A DNA stretch of 64,000 bases from Schizochytrium sp. TIO01 (GCA_004764695.1 SMSO01000025.1:558001-622000), one strand, 5' to 3'; counted from the stretch's first letter, positions 9,483-21,242 are shown. Numbers and translations: made by a program. Notes: generated from the sequence alone by a model not told the origin.

Positions 9483-12400
9483 ATGGCGGTAAACAAGTCC
9501 CCATGGCAACCCCAGCCTATGACTCGACCGCCCCCGCCAAGAACAGCGCCAAGACCGGCACCTCCTGAACCCCGAGCTGCTTCCGAAGATGCTCGTGCAG
9601 CGGCTCTAGAAAAGGCCGCTGCTGTCGCATCACTTGCAGATATTTTCAGAAGCTCAGGCGCGAGCGATTTCGAGAGCGTGAATATGCAGGGCAACAATGC
9701 AATGAGTAACGTGAAGAGTAATGTCGAAATGAACTGCACAAACCTTCTTCAAGATGAACAAAATGAAAATGTATCTCGCAAGGATGGTCTTGAGAATGCT
9801 GCCAAAAATGGCAGCACGAATGAGATTAAAAGCAACCCACATGGAGCAAAAGTGGAAGGTTCGAGCGACGACAACTATAAATCTGAACATAATGTCAGAG
9901 ATATTGCAATTAGTTCTAGCTCTTCATCTTCGCCGGTATCTGCGGAAGGGGCCCTTGATGGAGGTGAGTATGCTAGTTTAGTTTCAGGTGTCGTCTCGAG
10001 CCTGGCGGATGTGGAAGCCGTTCATGTGTTAGCCCTTGCGGTGGCGTGTGAGGAGAACTTCAAGGGCCGCGTGGCAGTTGTGGTCCTGGCTGAGGCGTTG
10101 CGACAAGATCTCGATGCCTTTGTGCTGGGAACACTACAAGGGCTTATCATTGCTAGGAGACCATCCACACTGTCTATCCTTGCTGTACCGCTTGCCACGA
10201 TTATTCTCGATGATGTTGTGCCAGGAAGTACCGTGGCGAAAGACCGGAGGGCAATTCTAGAGCTTCTGCTACTCGGATCGGGAGGCACCCTTGAGGTTCT
10301 TGCTAAGCTTGGCTCGCACATTGAACGCGCTGGACCTGAGCTTGCAGACCTTGTTGCAGGAGCTCACTGGGCCCTGGCGCACGCCTGTGCAACCACAGCG
10401 GAGCTCGATCACCCATTTGGCGATGCTTCGAAGAGAGAAAGTATCATGCGCCAAAGCGCATGGGTACATAATGGCGCAGCACGGCCTATGCAGATACCGA
10501 AGCGCCCGGGCAACGACCACTTTGCATTTACTTACCCCTACTTTGCATGGCCAGAGGGCACGTGGAAGCTAGACCCGAGTGCGGGACAAGGAGACCGGCC
10601 TTGCTTCTCATTATATGCACATAACCGTGCTTCTGGCACTGCTATCAATGGTTGCTTACTTGAGCCAGAATCCTCTTCCCCACTGGTGATTGATGGTATT
10701 TTTGCATGCTCGTACGGCAGCTCTGGAAGCACGCTGTATGCATCAATTCGAAATGGCCAAGAGACGTCTGATTCTTCAACTACTTCGCAAAAGAACCCTT
10801 ATCCGTTGCATGTTGACTTCTGGTCGACAAAGGAACTTCGAGGCTGGCGAGCAAAGGGTTCAGACAAAGCAATTCTTCTTGGTGTTCCAAGGTCAGTTCA
10901 GGCTAACATAAACATAGACGCTATTAATGACAGCCAAGCTGACCGCAGCCTCTCGACAGTGCAGCTTGGCCCCGGCCAGTCACTGCGCCTCAGCAAAGGC
11001 TCCCTTTCAGGGTCGGATGGTTGGGCTGTACAATGTTGGATTTTCCATAAATTTAAGGACCTTTCGCAATGGACTGAAGTTATGCGTATAGGGCATCTCA
11101 GCATTCGTCTGAAGGAAGAGCCATCAGAACTCCGTATTACCGTGGCAGACACGACAGCTCAAATTGATCTCCTGAGTGGCTCATATGCATCTAATGACTC
11201 CAAATGGCTTCAGCTTGTAGTATTTGGGCACAGTGTTGATGGACTCGGGCTAGCGGTGAACGGCGATCGGGTTTTCGAAAACTGTAGTCACGATTCATGC
11301 TGTTTTTTGACACTTGATGCCCCAGAGTTGTGTTCAGGCCAGGTGTTATACAGCTTTTTAAAGGTATGGAAACGCTCAATTGATGTAGCAACCATCGTTG
11401 CAGAATACCAACGTGGATTCTATAGTGCACTCAGCATAGATGAGGCAGAGACGCTATTGGCGTTCTGCCCTCTGCAAGGTGAGGGTGCTACGACGCTGTG
11501 TGACGTTTCTGGAAATAACAGACATCTTACAGTTATTTGTTCTGGGAAATCCCTCGAGCTCACTAATGTGCAAGTTGAATGTCCGGAAGAAGACGAAGGT
11601 TTGCCATCAATGATGCCAATGTTTTCCTCTCACAGTCAGAAACAACTCTTTAGTATTGGTTCAATCAATGGGTCTCGTGAATTGTCTAGTGTGTCCCTCG
11701 GCGCTAATGCTAGTTTGTGGACCCGTACGCGCATTCCTATTGCAGGGGGGGCTCGTATTCAGGTGAAACTTCGTTTACGCTCTGGATCTAAAGTTTGTGT
11801 TGTTTTGCACGCGGGTTCCTATTGGGACGCTCTAGGTTTTACCTATCGCCGTTGCAGCAAATTTAGTAGACAAGTAAGACTGTTTCTTTCTCTAGAAACG
11901 GTTCAAGCACATGGTACTCAATATCGTGTAATGATCCAAGTCGCACACCCAAGTATTCGAACCCTCATCCATCTTCCCTGCGTTGGATTTACACCTAACC
12001 CAGATGTCATTCAGAATGGTTACCTTGATATTGCGCTTGGTATTGAGTATAGAAAAGACGAGGAACTCTCTCTTTTCGTCGACGGAAAATCATTGGCAAC
12101 GCTTTCAGTAAATCTTCCTGACTTACTACGCTTGACTGAGCTAGACGGCGTTATGATTGGTGTAATGGCTGACCTCCAGCCAGTTGAAGTGATGCAAGTC
12201 TCTGCAGAGGCAGACGAGGATCAACGTGCGGAGACGCGCGTTCTCCCCTGGGAAATTACGTGTAAAGCTCAAGCAACTGCCAATTCTACCTCGAGCTCTA
12301 GCACTGAAGTTGAGGTTATCGAAGACCCCGCTCAAAGTGCAGGGGAAATCTCTGCAGCTGCAACGAACAAATTAACGAGGGAATGGAATTGCTCGTCATG

Positions 12401-15400
12401 TACCTTCCTCAACGCTCCTGAATCAACGCATTGCCAAGTGTGCCAACATCCTAACGCAAGTTCTACCGGGCCAACATTCCAAGCCAACAATGCTTCTACA
12501 GCATCAGTCGTTGCTAAGAACGACCAATCTTGGTCTTGCCCACAATGTACGCTTAGCAACCCTCCTGAGAAGACTGTCTGTGAGGCATGCGATGCGCCTC
12601 GGCCAGCAGCTGCGGCACCTCCAACCATTCAAAATGTCAGCAGTGATGCTCATGCTAATGATAGCACCTCCACGTGGGAATGTACGGCTTGCACATATCG
12701 AAACTCTGGAAGCGATAGTACGTGTACGGTGTGTGGCACCCCGCGACCGATAGGAGTAGAATCGGCAGGAAACGGATTTACGTCTGCCTCATTATCAGGA
12801 GGATCAACCGCTGCAGCCGCGACAGCGCCGACCCAAAGCGCTGCAGAGTCCCAGGCTGAGGCAGATCTACTTAAGCTTGCAATTGGAGCGCGTCGTGAAA
12901 ATCTCGATGCGCTTATTCAAGCTGAGCTTGTTCAGATGGCCTCCTGCGCAAGTGCTGTTTCTAGCGAGTCCGCCGATGTTCCGGCACTCGAGAAAGTTGG
13001 CAATTGGGACACGACTCTAGGCATTCTAGATATCGAACCTACCGCTGGCGAAGAAGATCGCCTCGTTTTTGAAATGAAAGGTGAATATGGTGAAGACCAA
13101 GGCAAACTGAATGTAGTTGCCTACGTAGATGCCAGTTCTGGGTCCTGGTGTATTTACGGCTCTTGGCTTGCGAAAAAAATTGGCCGCAATGGACCTCATT
13201 ACATTGATTTACGTCTTAATGACTCAGGGGAGCGTCTCTCTGGTACTTGGACTCACGGAGACACCGCAAGTGGGACATGGAATGCTAAGCTTGAGGCTGA
13301 TGCTGATCAGTTCCGTGGTCTGATACAACGTCTTCGCGAGGTGAGCATGGTAACTTCATTGAAAGAAATGGCCCTCCGAGATGCACGGGAGGTACAGATC
13401 AAGGTCACTGATGATCAAATCAACTTTCCATTCTCACCATTTGCTTCTGGTCTTCACAATATGGAACAAGGTCTGTACAATGTATGCTATCAAAATTCCC
13501 TTCTACAAGCTCTCTTTGCAACATCTGCATTGCGTCGGAGTCTGATATTTCCACCAGAAGGAACTGTCACGAACAACGCGCTTGTAAATGCTCTCCGGGA
13601 ATTGTTTTCTAGACTCTTATTGTCACAACGGCCAGTATTTGCATCGAAGAACTTACAGAAAGCACTTTCTCAGGACTGGCGCACGGGCGAGCAGATGGAT
13701 GTATCTGATTTTCACAATTACGTGTTTTCCCAACTCGAAGACGCTTTCCCGAACTCTATGCTCGATAAACTTTTCGGATACAACGTTGCCCAAGTTCGAC
13801 GATGTGCATCTTGTGGAGCTGCCAAGATCATGGATGAGGCTGGGCGCAGTTTGGCAGTCACCTTGCCTAGACAGTTTATGCCCATTACCGATATCATCGC
13901 AGTTTCTTGTTCTAGCAAATCGAAGTTGCACGAACTACGCGTCCCTGAAGGGTATGAACTGGTTCGTACCAATCTCAACGCAAAGAAGGATGGAGCTCCC
14001 TGTGTCTTTTTGTGTGTTCGTAGAGATATGAACGCAAGCCCTGTGACTGAACTACTTGTCAGGGTTGTCCCAGGTACAGACCCTGCTCCTAACCCCCCGG
14101 ATGGCTACAGAAGCGTCGGGGTCAACTTGAACCCTGAACCGGAGGCATTCGCACCAACTCCTGCTGAAGCAGCAGCATCTGCTGCTGAAAGGCGAGCATC
14201 CGGCACGACCACTTCTTCACCACCATCTATATCCCCTTCGTCATCTGAAAAACATGATCAAGTGCACCTTTTCTTTCAATGTGATACCCGTGGATCACCT
14301 ATTACAGATATACAAGTTCTTGTTGGCGCAGAAGCAATTGCATCACCTCCTGATGACGCTAGGGTTATTTCGACCGACCTTAACCCGAGTTGGGCAGCAC
14401 GTTCGGTTGTGTCTGCAATTCCTATCTCAAACACAGGGGCTTCAACAGCAAGTCCTGCCGTGGTAGCTTCTTCAGGGACGACTTCAGTCTCTGCGGGTCC
14501 AATGACAACGCCTGTTAAGCTTTGCTACATGCGCGGTATGCCAATCACTGACATCGTCATTTCCACAAGTCCTCTTACGAACAGAAGCGCTGATTATCAA
14601 GTCTTGGACAAGCCATTGAACCTTGCTCTTGACCCTGCGCACGATACACCGGGCGAAATATTTCTTTGGTTTAGTGACTCGCGCGTGTTTGAAAAACCAA
14701 TTACAGACCTGATATTGGTCAAGAAATCTGAGCAACATGAATATGAAGGCTATGAGCTTTGTGGTGATTACATTTTCAAGGGTGGTCGCATTCTCATGAA
14801 ACGCCGTGGCGAAGGCACCCCCATCACCCAGCTCTCTGTTTTCCGTGCTCCTCGTGTGGTCCCTCCTTACCGCTTCAACACAGTGCTGGATCTACTATCT
14901 TCTGAGAAACCCACTAGTGCTTCAAATGTTACGCATTTACGATGGCTTTTCGAGAAGATTTGGTTACCACGCTCAGAGTTAAACGGGGGTAAAAACAGCT
15001 CAGGTACCGGTAGTAGTTCAAGTAGCTCCAAACAGGATGCCGTTGTTCCACCAGGACTTCAAGTGAGCCGTGGCAAAGCTCTGCAATTAAAATGTGTCGA
15101 AGAAGATGCTGTTGCGGTGTTTTTTCATGGAAGTTTCTCAGAGTTTGGATCTGAAAAGCGTGCAGGAACACTTCACGGGACTCTTCATTATCTTCATAAA
15201 ACTGGTAATTGGTCTTTCTTAGGCTACGCGTGTCCGGCGAATTCGAAGTTAGTACATGCTGTATCGTTCTCTTTGCACGAACAATCTAGTCATGTTTCAA
15301 TTTCTGGCCATGCAGTTGATTCCAGCAACAGTACGAATAACATTGCACCGGTGGATGTGAAGCTGGAGGGCAAGCGTGTGAGTGAAAGCACAGCCAATGT

Positions 15401-17222
15401 AAAGGGCCCGGTGGTGGATCTTTGCGTTTTCCGGGAGGGCGACCCCTTGCCACATGGATTTGAGCGTGTGGCAAGCTTGGATGACCCTAGACGAGCTGAT
15501 ATTCGACAGGGAATGGGAATTCGGAGTACTTATCTTGCTGCTCGTCATAGTGTGAGTCCAGATGATGACCCAATTGTTGCTGTCGGCTTCTTTTTCCCGG
15601 AACTCGAAGGTCTCCCTACCGAGTATTCAACTATTATGCAGACTTCCTCGGGAGAAGACGCCAACCTAAATCTCGGAACAGGTGCAGCACAAATGTTTGT
15701 CGCCTACAAGCGACGTTCGAGTGTGAAATCTACTAATGTTATCCACAGGCTGGCACTTCAGTGGCGTGATTTGGGCGACAAAATCCCCCCTGGCTTTGCA
15801 GCCATCAATCGCTCTGTATCTGAGCAAATGGAGGCTAACCTTTGCCTAGCAGGGACGCATAATATCTTTCTCTGTGTGGAAAAACGTGACGCATCTGTTT
15901 CAGTTCACGAACATAGAATGAATGGCTTATATCAGACGTCATGGGGAGATATGCAACTTTATGCTGTTTCTGATGAACGGTCTGCTATTCTTGCTACTGG
16001 TGGATTTAATGCAATGTCAAGCTTAACTAAAGGAAACGACCCTACAGTTCTTTCACTCGTGATTGTGCCGTTGCGTGCAGACGAAGGCCAAGACTGGGCT
16101 GAAGGTCTATTGCCTTCTTGGACACGAGAAGCTGCAAAACGCCGACGTCCTGCAGGAAAACCGGCCCCCAAAGCAGACTGGCTTATGTGTGGTTCGTGGG
16201 TCAAGACTGACGCGTATGGAGCTGATCATCTCAAGATCGTGCCAACGGTTTGGCGAGGGCGTTGCGACAAATCTTACCAGGAGTTACTCGCATCTTGGGC
16301 ATGGGGTAAAGAATCTGGTGTGGTTCAACTCATCCAAGATTCCTATGTTCAACTTGCCATTGCAAAGGACTCGAGTGAGTTGTGGAGAGATGGTGAAAAG
16401 CTGTTCTCAGATCGACGGGCTGATAGTAGTATTCAGAGCTTAGTTCATCATTACTTCAGCTCTGCAGTCTTAGATGGTGCTGATATGCTGATGTGCGACC
16501 AGGAAGGTCAGAAGCATTTGCACGAGCAATCAACGCTAATGACGAGCCCACCTGAGCATCTCATCTTAACTGTGAAACGCATGGGCTTTGACTTCGAGGC
16601 TAACCGAGCTATTAAGCATCTGCAAAGCACTCCGTTTGATCCAGAATTAGCTTTGCCGTGTGGTTCAGGCGCATATACCAAACCTGAGGAAATTGAGAAT
16701 GTACTCTATGGCCTCTATGCCGTCTTGGTTCACACTGGTGCAAATGCTAATTCTGGTCATTATTTTGCATACACGCGCGATTCTTCGGATCCTAGTTTGA
16801 CACAGCGTGATAGCCCGACTTCTCCTTGGCGTCTCCTAAACGACGCAAAGGTTATGCCAGTTGATTGGTCGATTATGACTAGCCAAATTGAACAGTCAGA
16901 GTCCAATACGGTCTATTTGCTTTTTTATAAAAGATTAGATAATCTGGGTACGGACAATGGTCCTGGCGACCACGTAGCCAAGAAAGCTCGGACAAAGGAA
17001 GAAGCTAGTTTATACACACCAATGGAAATTGATGAAGATATCACTGCTCCGAAAGATCCCCATTCTGATTCACTTGAGCGTGTCTTACGCTCTTTTCATG
17101 GAAGGACAATGCCAGACATTTTATCTCGGGTTTTGCATGAGAATGCTCAGTTTCTGTATGTGGACCTCGAGTCGCGCACATCCAGATTCTACACAAATTG
17201 TTTGAAATCTATGCTAGAGTAG
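9483..17222 (+). CDS. Ubiquitin-specific protease (peptidase C19) with LamG/ConA-like region, three RanBP2/NZF zinc fingers and multiple MABP domains
   Basis: Cys box GLHNMEQGLYNVCYQNSLLQALF; QMDVSDF; His box LYAVLVHTGANANSGHYFAY; LNDAKV. Three W-x-C-x2-C-T-x2-N-x6-C-x2-C fingers. Repeated PITDI/PVTEL...P.GY...NLN...FLC units typical of MABP. First ATG 9483 (track start 9321 is TTG). Confidence 0.92.
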   Translation: MAVNKSPWQPQPMTRPPPPRTAPRPAPPEPRAASEDARAAALEKAAAVASLADIFRSSGASDFESVNMQGNNAMSNVKSNVEMNCTNLLQDEQNENVSRKDGLENAAKNGSTNEIKSNPHGAKVEGSSDDNYKSEHNVRDIAISSSSSSSPVSAEGALDGGEYASLVSGVVSSLADVEAVHVLALAVACEENFKGRVAVVVLAEALRQDLDAFVLGTLQGLIIARRPSTLSILAVPLATIILDDVVPGSTVAKDRRAILELLLLGSGGTLEVLAKLGSHIERAGPELADLVAGAHWALAHACATTAELDHPFGDASKRESIMRQSAWVHNGAARPMQIPKRPGNDHFAFTYPYFAWPEGTWKLDPSAGQGDRPCFSLYAHNRASGTAINGCLLEPESSSPLVIDGIFACSYGSSGSTLYASIRNGQETSDSSTTSQKNPYPLHVDFWSTKELRGWRAKGSDKAILLGVPRSVQANINIDAINDSQADRSLSTVQLGPGQSLRLSKGSLSGSDGWAVQCWIFHKFKDLSQWTEVMRIGHLSIRLKEEPSELRITVADTTAQIDLLSGSYASNDSKWLQLVVFGHSVDGLGLAVNGDRVFENCSHDSCCFLTLDAPELCSGQVLYSFLKVWKRSIDVATIVAEYQRGFYSALSIDEAETLLAFCPLQGEGATTLCDVSGNNRHLTVICSGKSLELTNVQVECPEEDEGLPSMMPMFSSHSQKQLFSIGSINGSRELSSVSLGANASLWTRTRIPIAGGARIQVKLRLRSGSKVCVVLHAGSYWDALGFTYRRCSKFSRQVRLFLSLETVQAHGTQYRVMIQVAHPSIRTLIHLPCVGFTPNPDVIQNGYLDIALGIEYRKDEELSLFVDGKSLATLSVNLPDLLRLTELDGVMIGVMADLQPVEVMQVSAEADEDQRAETRVLPWEITCKAQATANSTSSSSTEVEVIEDPAQSAGEISAAATNKLTREWNCSSCTFLNAPESTHCQVCQHPNASSTGPTFQANNASTASVVAKNDQSWSCPQCTLSNPPEKTVCEACDAPRPAAAAPPTIQNVSSDAHANDSTSTWECTACTYRNSGSDSTCTVCGTPRPIGVESAGNGFTSASLSGGSTAAAATAPTQSAAESQAEADLLKLAIGARRENLDALIQAELVQMASCASAVSSESADVPALEKVGNWDTTLGILDIEPTAGEEDRLVFEMKGEYGEDQGKLNVVAYVDASSGSWCIYGSWLAKKIGRNGPHYIDLRLNDSGERLSGTWTHGDTASGTWNAKLEADADQFRGLIQRLREVSMVTSLKEMALRDAREVQIKVTDDQINFPFSPFASGLHNMEQGLYNVCYQNSLLQALFATSALRRSLIFPPEGTVTNNALVNALRELFSRLLLSQRPVFASKNLQKALSQDWRTGEQMDVSDFHNYVFSQLEDAFPNSMLDKLFGYNVAQVRRCASCGAAKIMDEAGRSLAVTLPRQFMPITDIIAVSCSSKSKLHELRVPEGYELVRTNLNAKKDGAPCVFLCVRRDMNASPVTELLVRVVPGTDPAPNPPDGYRSVGVNLNPEPEAFAPTPAEAAASAAERRASGTTTSSPPSISPSSSEKHDQVHLFFQCDTRGSPITDIQVLVGAEAIASPPDDARVISTDLNPSWAARSVVSAIPISNTGASTASPAVVASSGTTSVSAGPMTTPVKLCYMRGMPITDIVISTSPLTNRSADYQVLDKPLNLALDPAHDTPGEIFLWFSDSRVFEKPITDLILVKKSEQHEYEGYELCGDYIFKGGRILMKRRGEGTPITQLSVFRAPRVVPPYRFNTVLDLLSSEKPTSASNVTHLRWLFEKIWLPRSELNGGKNSSGTGSSSSSSKQDAVVPPGLQVSRGKALQLKCVEEDAVAVFFHGSFSEFGSEKRAGTLHGTLHYLHKTGNWSFLGYACPANSKLVHAVSFSLHEQSSHVSISGHAVDSSNSTNNIAPVDVKLEGKRVSESTANVKGPVVDLCVFREGDPLPHGFERVASLDDPRRADIRQGMGIRSTYLAARHSVSPDDDPIVAVGFFFPELEGLPTEYSTIMQTSSGEDANLNLGTGAAQMFVAYKRRSSVKSTNVIHRLALQWRDLGDKIPPGFAAINRSVSEQMEANLCLAGTHNIFLCVEKRDASVSVHEHRMNGLYQTSWGDMQLYAVSDERSAILATGGFNAMSSLTKGNDPTVLSLVIVPLRADEGQDWAEGLLPSWTREAAKRRRPAGKPAPKADWLMCGSWVKTDAYGADHLKIVPTVWRGRCDKSYQELLASWAWGKESGVVQLIQDSYVQLAIAKDSSELWRDGEKLFSDRRADSSIQSLVHHYFSSAVLDGADMLMCDQEGQKHLHEQSTLMTSPPEHLILTVKRMGFDFEANRAIKHLQSTPFDPELALPCGSGAYTKPEEIENVLYGLYAVLVHTGANANSGHYFAYTRDSSDPSLTQRDSPTSPWRLLNDAKVMPVDWSIMTSQIEQSESNTVYLLFYKRLDNLGTDNGPGDHVAKKARTKEEASLYTPMEIDEDITAPKDPHSDSLERVLRSFHGRTMPDILSRVLHENAQFLYVDLESRTSRFYTNCLKSMLE

Positions 17223-17369
17223 AACTCTTGGTCCAGCCAAAGCTGTTTCTTTTATCTATGCGTCTGGATGCTATTGATCACAATCGACTTTGTCTACGAA
17301 CAACGGTTTGCTTAGAAAAAGCAATGTAATAAATATATTATAGGCCTCAGGCCTTTCGTTTACTACTTA

Positions 17370-17370
<1 letters not shown>

Positions 17371-17430
<60 letters not shown>
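17371..17430. repeat. (TTAC)n microsatellite, about 15 units
   Basis: Perfect tetranucleotide run downstream of the USP stop codon. Confidence 0.97.
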
Positions 17431-18256
17431 CATGAGTTCCTGTTTTCCTCACTCAACTCTTGCTTTACATCTCTTACGAAAGTTAAAAAATGATTGTGCT
17501 CGTGTCATAGCTGCCGAGTAAAGGAACGTCATCATTCACCTGGATCGTCGATATTCTGCCAGCATGCTATCTTCACAACACAGTATACCGAGCTGCCTTT
17601 TATTATACATTAAGCTGCCTTGCAAGATGTTTAAGCTCGATTTCCAGCTTGAAGTTTCAATCTTATAGCTATGCGACGTAGTTATTTTATTATTATTAAA
17701 GAAACGTACACAGGATGTTTGTGCAAGAAAGGCGAATTTTTGATCGTTTGAATATTATGTACATGCAACCCCGCACAATAAGGATATATATATATGTATA
17801 TAACATTGCGAGTGTCGTTTTGGCGTTTTGATTTAATGGAGAAGCCTCCGAGCACAAACGATAACAGATAGAAAGCAGATAGAAAGAAGGACTATTTTTA
17901 TTTACTTTTAAATTAAAAAGTTTTGGACAAAATTTGCAGCAATCTAATTGCCTTGTATGCAAACATGAGAAAGAGACTGGATCTCTACTACAGAGAAGAT
18001 ACATTTTAGATGCGGTACTGAATGAAGGTTTGTCTAGAACTTTCACTAGCCGAACCGCGAAAGGGGTGCAAGCTCGTAGTAGCTAGTATGCACGGTCAGT
18101 TTTTTCGTGTGATACAATCAATGCCAGAGGAATCATTCTGACAGGTTGAGATGCATGCGCATTGCTCGGTCGACAGCGCCGACAGCGCCTGGCATATAGA
18201 AACGCAGGGCTGTAGAGGACACAGGAGCTCTATTGGCATAATGTCCTCAAGCGCAT

Positions 18257-18745
18257 TTAGCGAAAGAGGGTCTCACGGCGAGTGGTGCGGCGTTGCTCAC
18301 GGACCTTGATCTTCTTGCTGGTCGTGTGGGCGAGGGGGCGCTTGGCATCACCGGTCACCTTGCCCTTCTGGCGGCGAGAAGCAGCGCGAGCACTCGCGCG
18401 CTGCTGCTTGGCAAGGCCAGGGCCGGTCTGCTCCTGCAGAGCCTCCGAGGCATTACGGCGGGCCTGCACGTCGCGTTTCTCGCGCCAGCCGCGCATCATC
18501 TGCTCGCGGCGGGTCTTCTGCTGCACGAGCATCTCGCCCGAAGGCATGGCGGTCTCCGCCGCGGTGTTCATCTTGGCTTGACTCGAGGCCATCATGGTGG
18601 TGGTCCTTTCTTGGTTCGTAGGGGCGGGGATTTCCTCGATGCACTCGAGGTCTACTTTCTGCCAGTCGTCCGCGCTGTTCACGCGCTGCAGTTCCGAGTT
18701 CAGGTTTTGTCTTCTTCTTCTTCCTCGCTCGGGCCCAATGCCCAT
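18257..18745 (-). CDS. Orphan basic protein, ~162 aa, probably disordered/coiled
   Basis: GC-rich block with coding-like third-position G/C bias on the minus strand; first ATG 18745 (MGIGPERGRRRRQ); R/K/Q/A-rich; no family recognised. Confidence 0.55.
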   Translation of the reverse strand: MGIGPERGRRRRQNLNSELQRVNSADDWQKVDLECIEEIPAPTNQERTTTMMASSQAKMNTAAETAMPSGEMLVQQKTRREQMMRGWREKRDVQARRNASEALQEQTGPGLAKQQRASARAASRRQKGKVTGDAKRPLAHTTSKKIKVREQRRTTRRETLFR

Positions 18746-19344
18746 ACCTCGCTCGTCCTTGCTCTCTCCAAGCTTGCTCGCTTGCTCGCTTGCTTTCGCT
18801 GTTTCGGTTCTGCTGATCTCGCCACGGCCTCTGCAGATGGCCAATGATACCCTGTAAGCCCGCTAGGCGATACGCTACCACCTCCTAGCCAGAGGGCCCT
18901 CTGCAAAAAGCACCAAAATCCATCATCGAAGCTTCGCTCACTCACTTACAAGAACTCAGTCAGTCAGACAGATCTTCTCCAAAGCCATCCTGGACTCCTC
19001 CAAGATACTGCTCCGCTCCGCAGGAAGCCGCCTCGCAGCTAGACACTCTTAGCGGCGGCCTCCTTCCAGCGCAGCACCCGCTCGAGCAGGAGTTTGCGAC
19101 ATAAGGACCTGACTCCCGCTCGCTCTTTGCCTCCCTCCCTCCCTCTCTGAGGAGTCTGAGTTTGTTTGTTTGCAATCGATCGATCAGTTGATCAATTGAT
19201 TAATTGATTAATTCTCAGCGCATAACTCTTCGCGCAAAATTAATTCGCAACCCTCAGTTCTCGAGGAAGTCGAATGTGAAATGTATCGCAGTTCTCAGCT
19301 CATGAATCACTAACTAAACTGACTCGGATAATTCCTGACTTGGA

Positions 19345-19345
19345 T

Positions 19346-19412
<67 letters not shown>

Positions 19413-19515
19413 TTCTTCTTCGACCCACCTTCCTGGAACTCGAGGGAAGAAGAAGCCGAAGATAGACTTTCTTTCTTTCTTTCTTTCTTTCTTTCGATGT
19501 TTGTTTGTTTGTTGT
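19345..19515. repeat. (CT)n/(CTTT)n and (GTTT)n microsatellite cluster
   Basis: CTTT runs at ~19355-19403 and ~19467-19494, followed by GTTT units. Confidence 0.95.
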
Positions 19516-20699
19516 TTGGCTGCTTGAACTTGCGTTTGCTAGGTTATTTATGCATCTGTTCATTCATTAATCGTTTGTTTCTCAGAATGAGAATGTTTGT
19601 TTGTTTGTCAGAAGCAGCTTGGAGCCAGAGCAGAGCAAAGCAGAGCAAAGTCTTGGACGTCAAGCCGGAGTCACTCGCCTCGAAACCCGCTCTCCAGGGC
19701 CACAAGAGCCGCGCCCAAGGCACCGAAAGAGGTCGAGAGGTAGAGATATGACCACCTCTGCTTCTCAAATATGTGAGTAATTCATACGTGGATGCGGATG
19801 TAGAATTTTATTTTGAAGAACTAACTAACTGCACATATATGCGAATGTGCAAATAAATACATGTGCAGATGCAGAATTGAGGATGCAAAAGCGGATGCGG
19901 ATGCAGATAGACTACGCATACACCCGTCCTTCGAAAGCTTGGCACCCGCGCTGCTTTGGAGCGTGGGCCTGAGTTGGATGATCTTGCGAAGTTGTGCAGA
20001 TCCTTCGTTGAACCCACGAAGAAAAGTATTCTTCTCCATGCGTAGGTAGCGGTACAGAAGGTGTGTACCATGTACCTACCTACCTACCTACAAAAACACA
20101 GCATTCGATATGAAAAATTAAAAAATTGAAGATAGCAATATCAAAAGATAAATATACATACTCATTAAAAAGTAAACCCTTTGGCGACACAACAAATCAA
20201 CTTGAAATGAAACAAATGAAGTCAGTACACTGCCTGCTACCTGTCCATTGCAATACTCAGCAAAAGTCGCAATCGCCAGTTCAAATAACGCAAACGAATA
20301 TAATTACAGTCCTCTGCGTGGCTTTCGGCACGTTTTCTCAACTTCCTTCAGTACAACATAAAACAAAACAAACAAAAAAGAAAGAAAGAAAGAAAGAAAG
20401 AAAGCACTTCTTCCTCAAACAGAATTACGCGGACGCGTATAGCCTAAACTATAGCACAGTCCTGGTCGGGCTTTTTTCCTTTCAGTTCCTGCTCCCTTCA
20501 CTTCGCCTTTCTTTCGCTTTCTTCTGTTCGTTGTGCTGTTCTTGTGAGCGCCTTTCTTTCTCTCTCCTTCGCTCAAAGACCTCGAACTAAGAAAGATATT
20601 ATCCTCACAGATCGACACTGTCAAAGATCCATCCATCCCCAAACTTTGTTTTCACTGCTAAACCCACCTACTTTGCTTATTTATCACTCACCCACTCCC

Positions 20700-20718
20700 T
20701 TATTTATTTATTTATTTA

Positions 20719-20756
<38 letters not shown>

Positions 20757-20907
20757 GCAATTAATTACCTCTGAAAGCTCACGCTTCGAGTTGGCAAAAG
20801 GGATCCTTCCGGAGCCCTTCTCCGCAGGACCCCTTCTCCGCCGCTTCCTCCTGCTCTTCTCTTCTCTTCTCTTCTCTTCTCTTCTCTTCTCTTCTCTTCT
20901 CTTCTCT
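20700..20907. repeat. (TTTA)n(CTTA)n and (CTTCT)n microsatellites
   Basis: Runs at ~20700-20756 and ~20855-20907. Confidence 0.95.
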
Positions 20908-21024
20908 ACTCTTCGCGCCGTCCTGGCCAGAGCCGGCCAGCTAAACCGACACGTTGGGTATCTTATCTTCTTCGATCACTGCTCTTCACCTCTTCGATCT
21001 TCGAGGTCCTTGAAGTTGTTCTCC

Positions 21025-21242
21025 ATGATTGATTGATTCATTGATTCATTTATTCATTCGTTCTCTCATTCATTCATTGACTCATTCATTCATTGATTCA
21101 TTTATTCATTCGTTCTCTCATTGATTCATTGACTCATTCATTCATTCATTCATTCATTCATTCATTCATTCATTTATTTATTCGTTCTCTCATTGATTGA
21201 TTGACTGATTGATTGATTGATTCATTCATTCACTCATTCATT
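21025..21242. repeat. (CATT/GATT)n compound microsatellite with a ~52-nt higher-order duplication
   Basis: Unit attgattcatttattcattcgttctctcatt(c/g)attcattgactcattcattc occurs twice (~21040-21143), with a partial third copy near 21170-21195. Confidence 0.9.

Noticed and set aside
17989-18000. TACAGAGAAGAT resembling the U6 snRNA ACAGAGA box
   Set aside because: Flanks do not match U6 (no TAGCATGG downstream).
18282-18881. Alternative overlapping ORFs (18293-18847 +, 18453-18881 -, others)
   Set aside because: Expected in GC-rich DNA; the 18257-18745 minus frame has the most protein-like composition.
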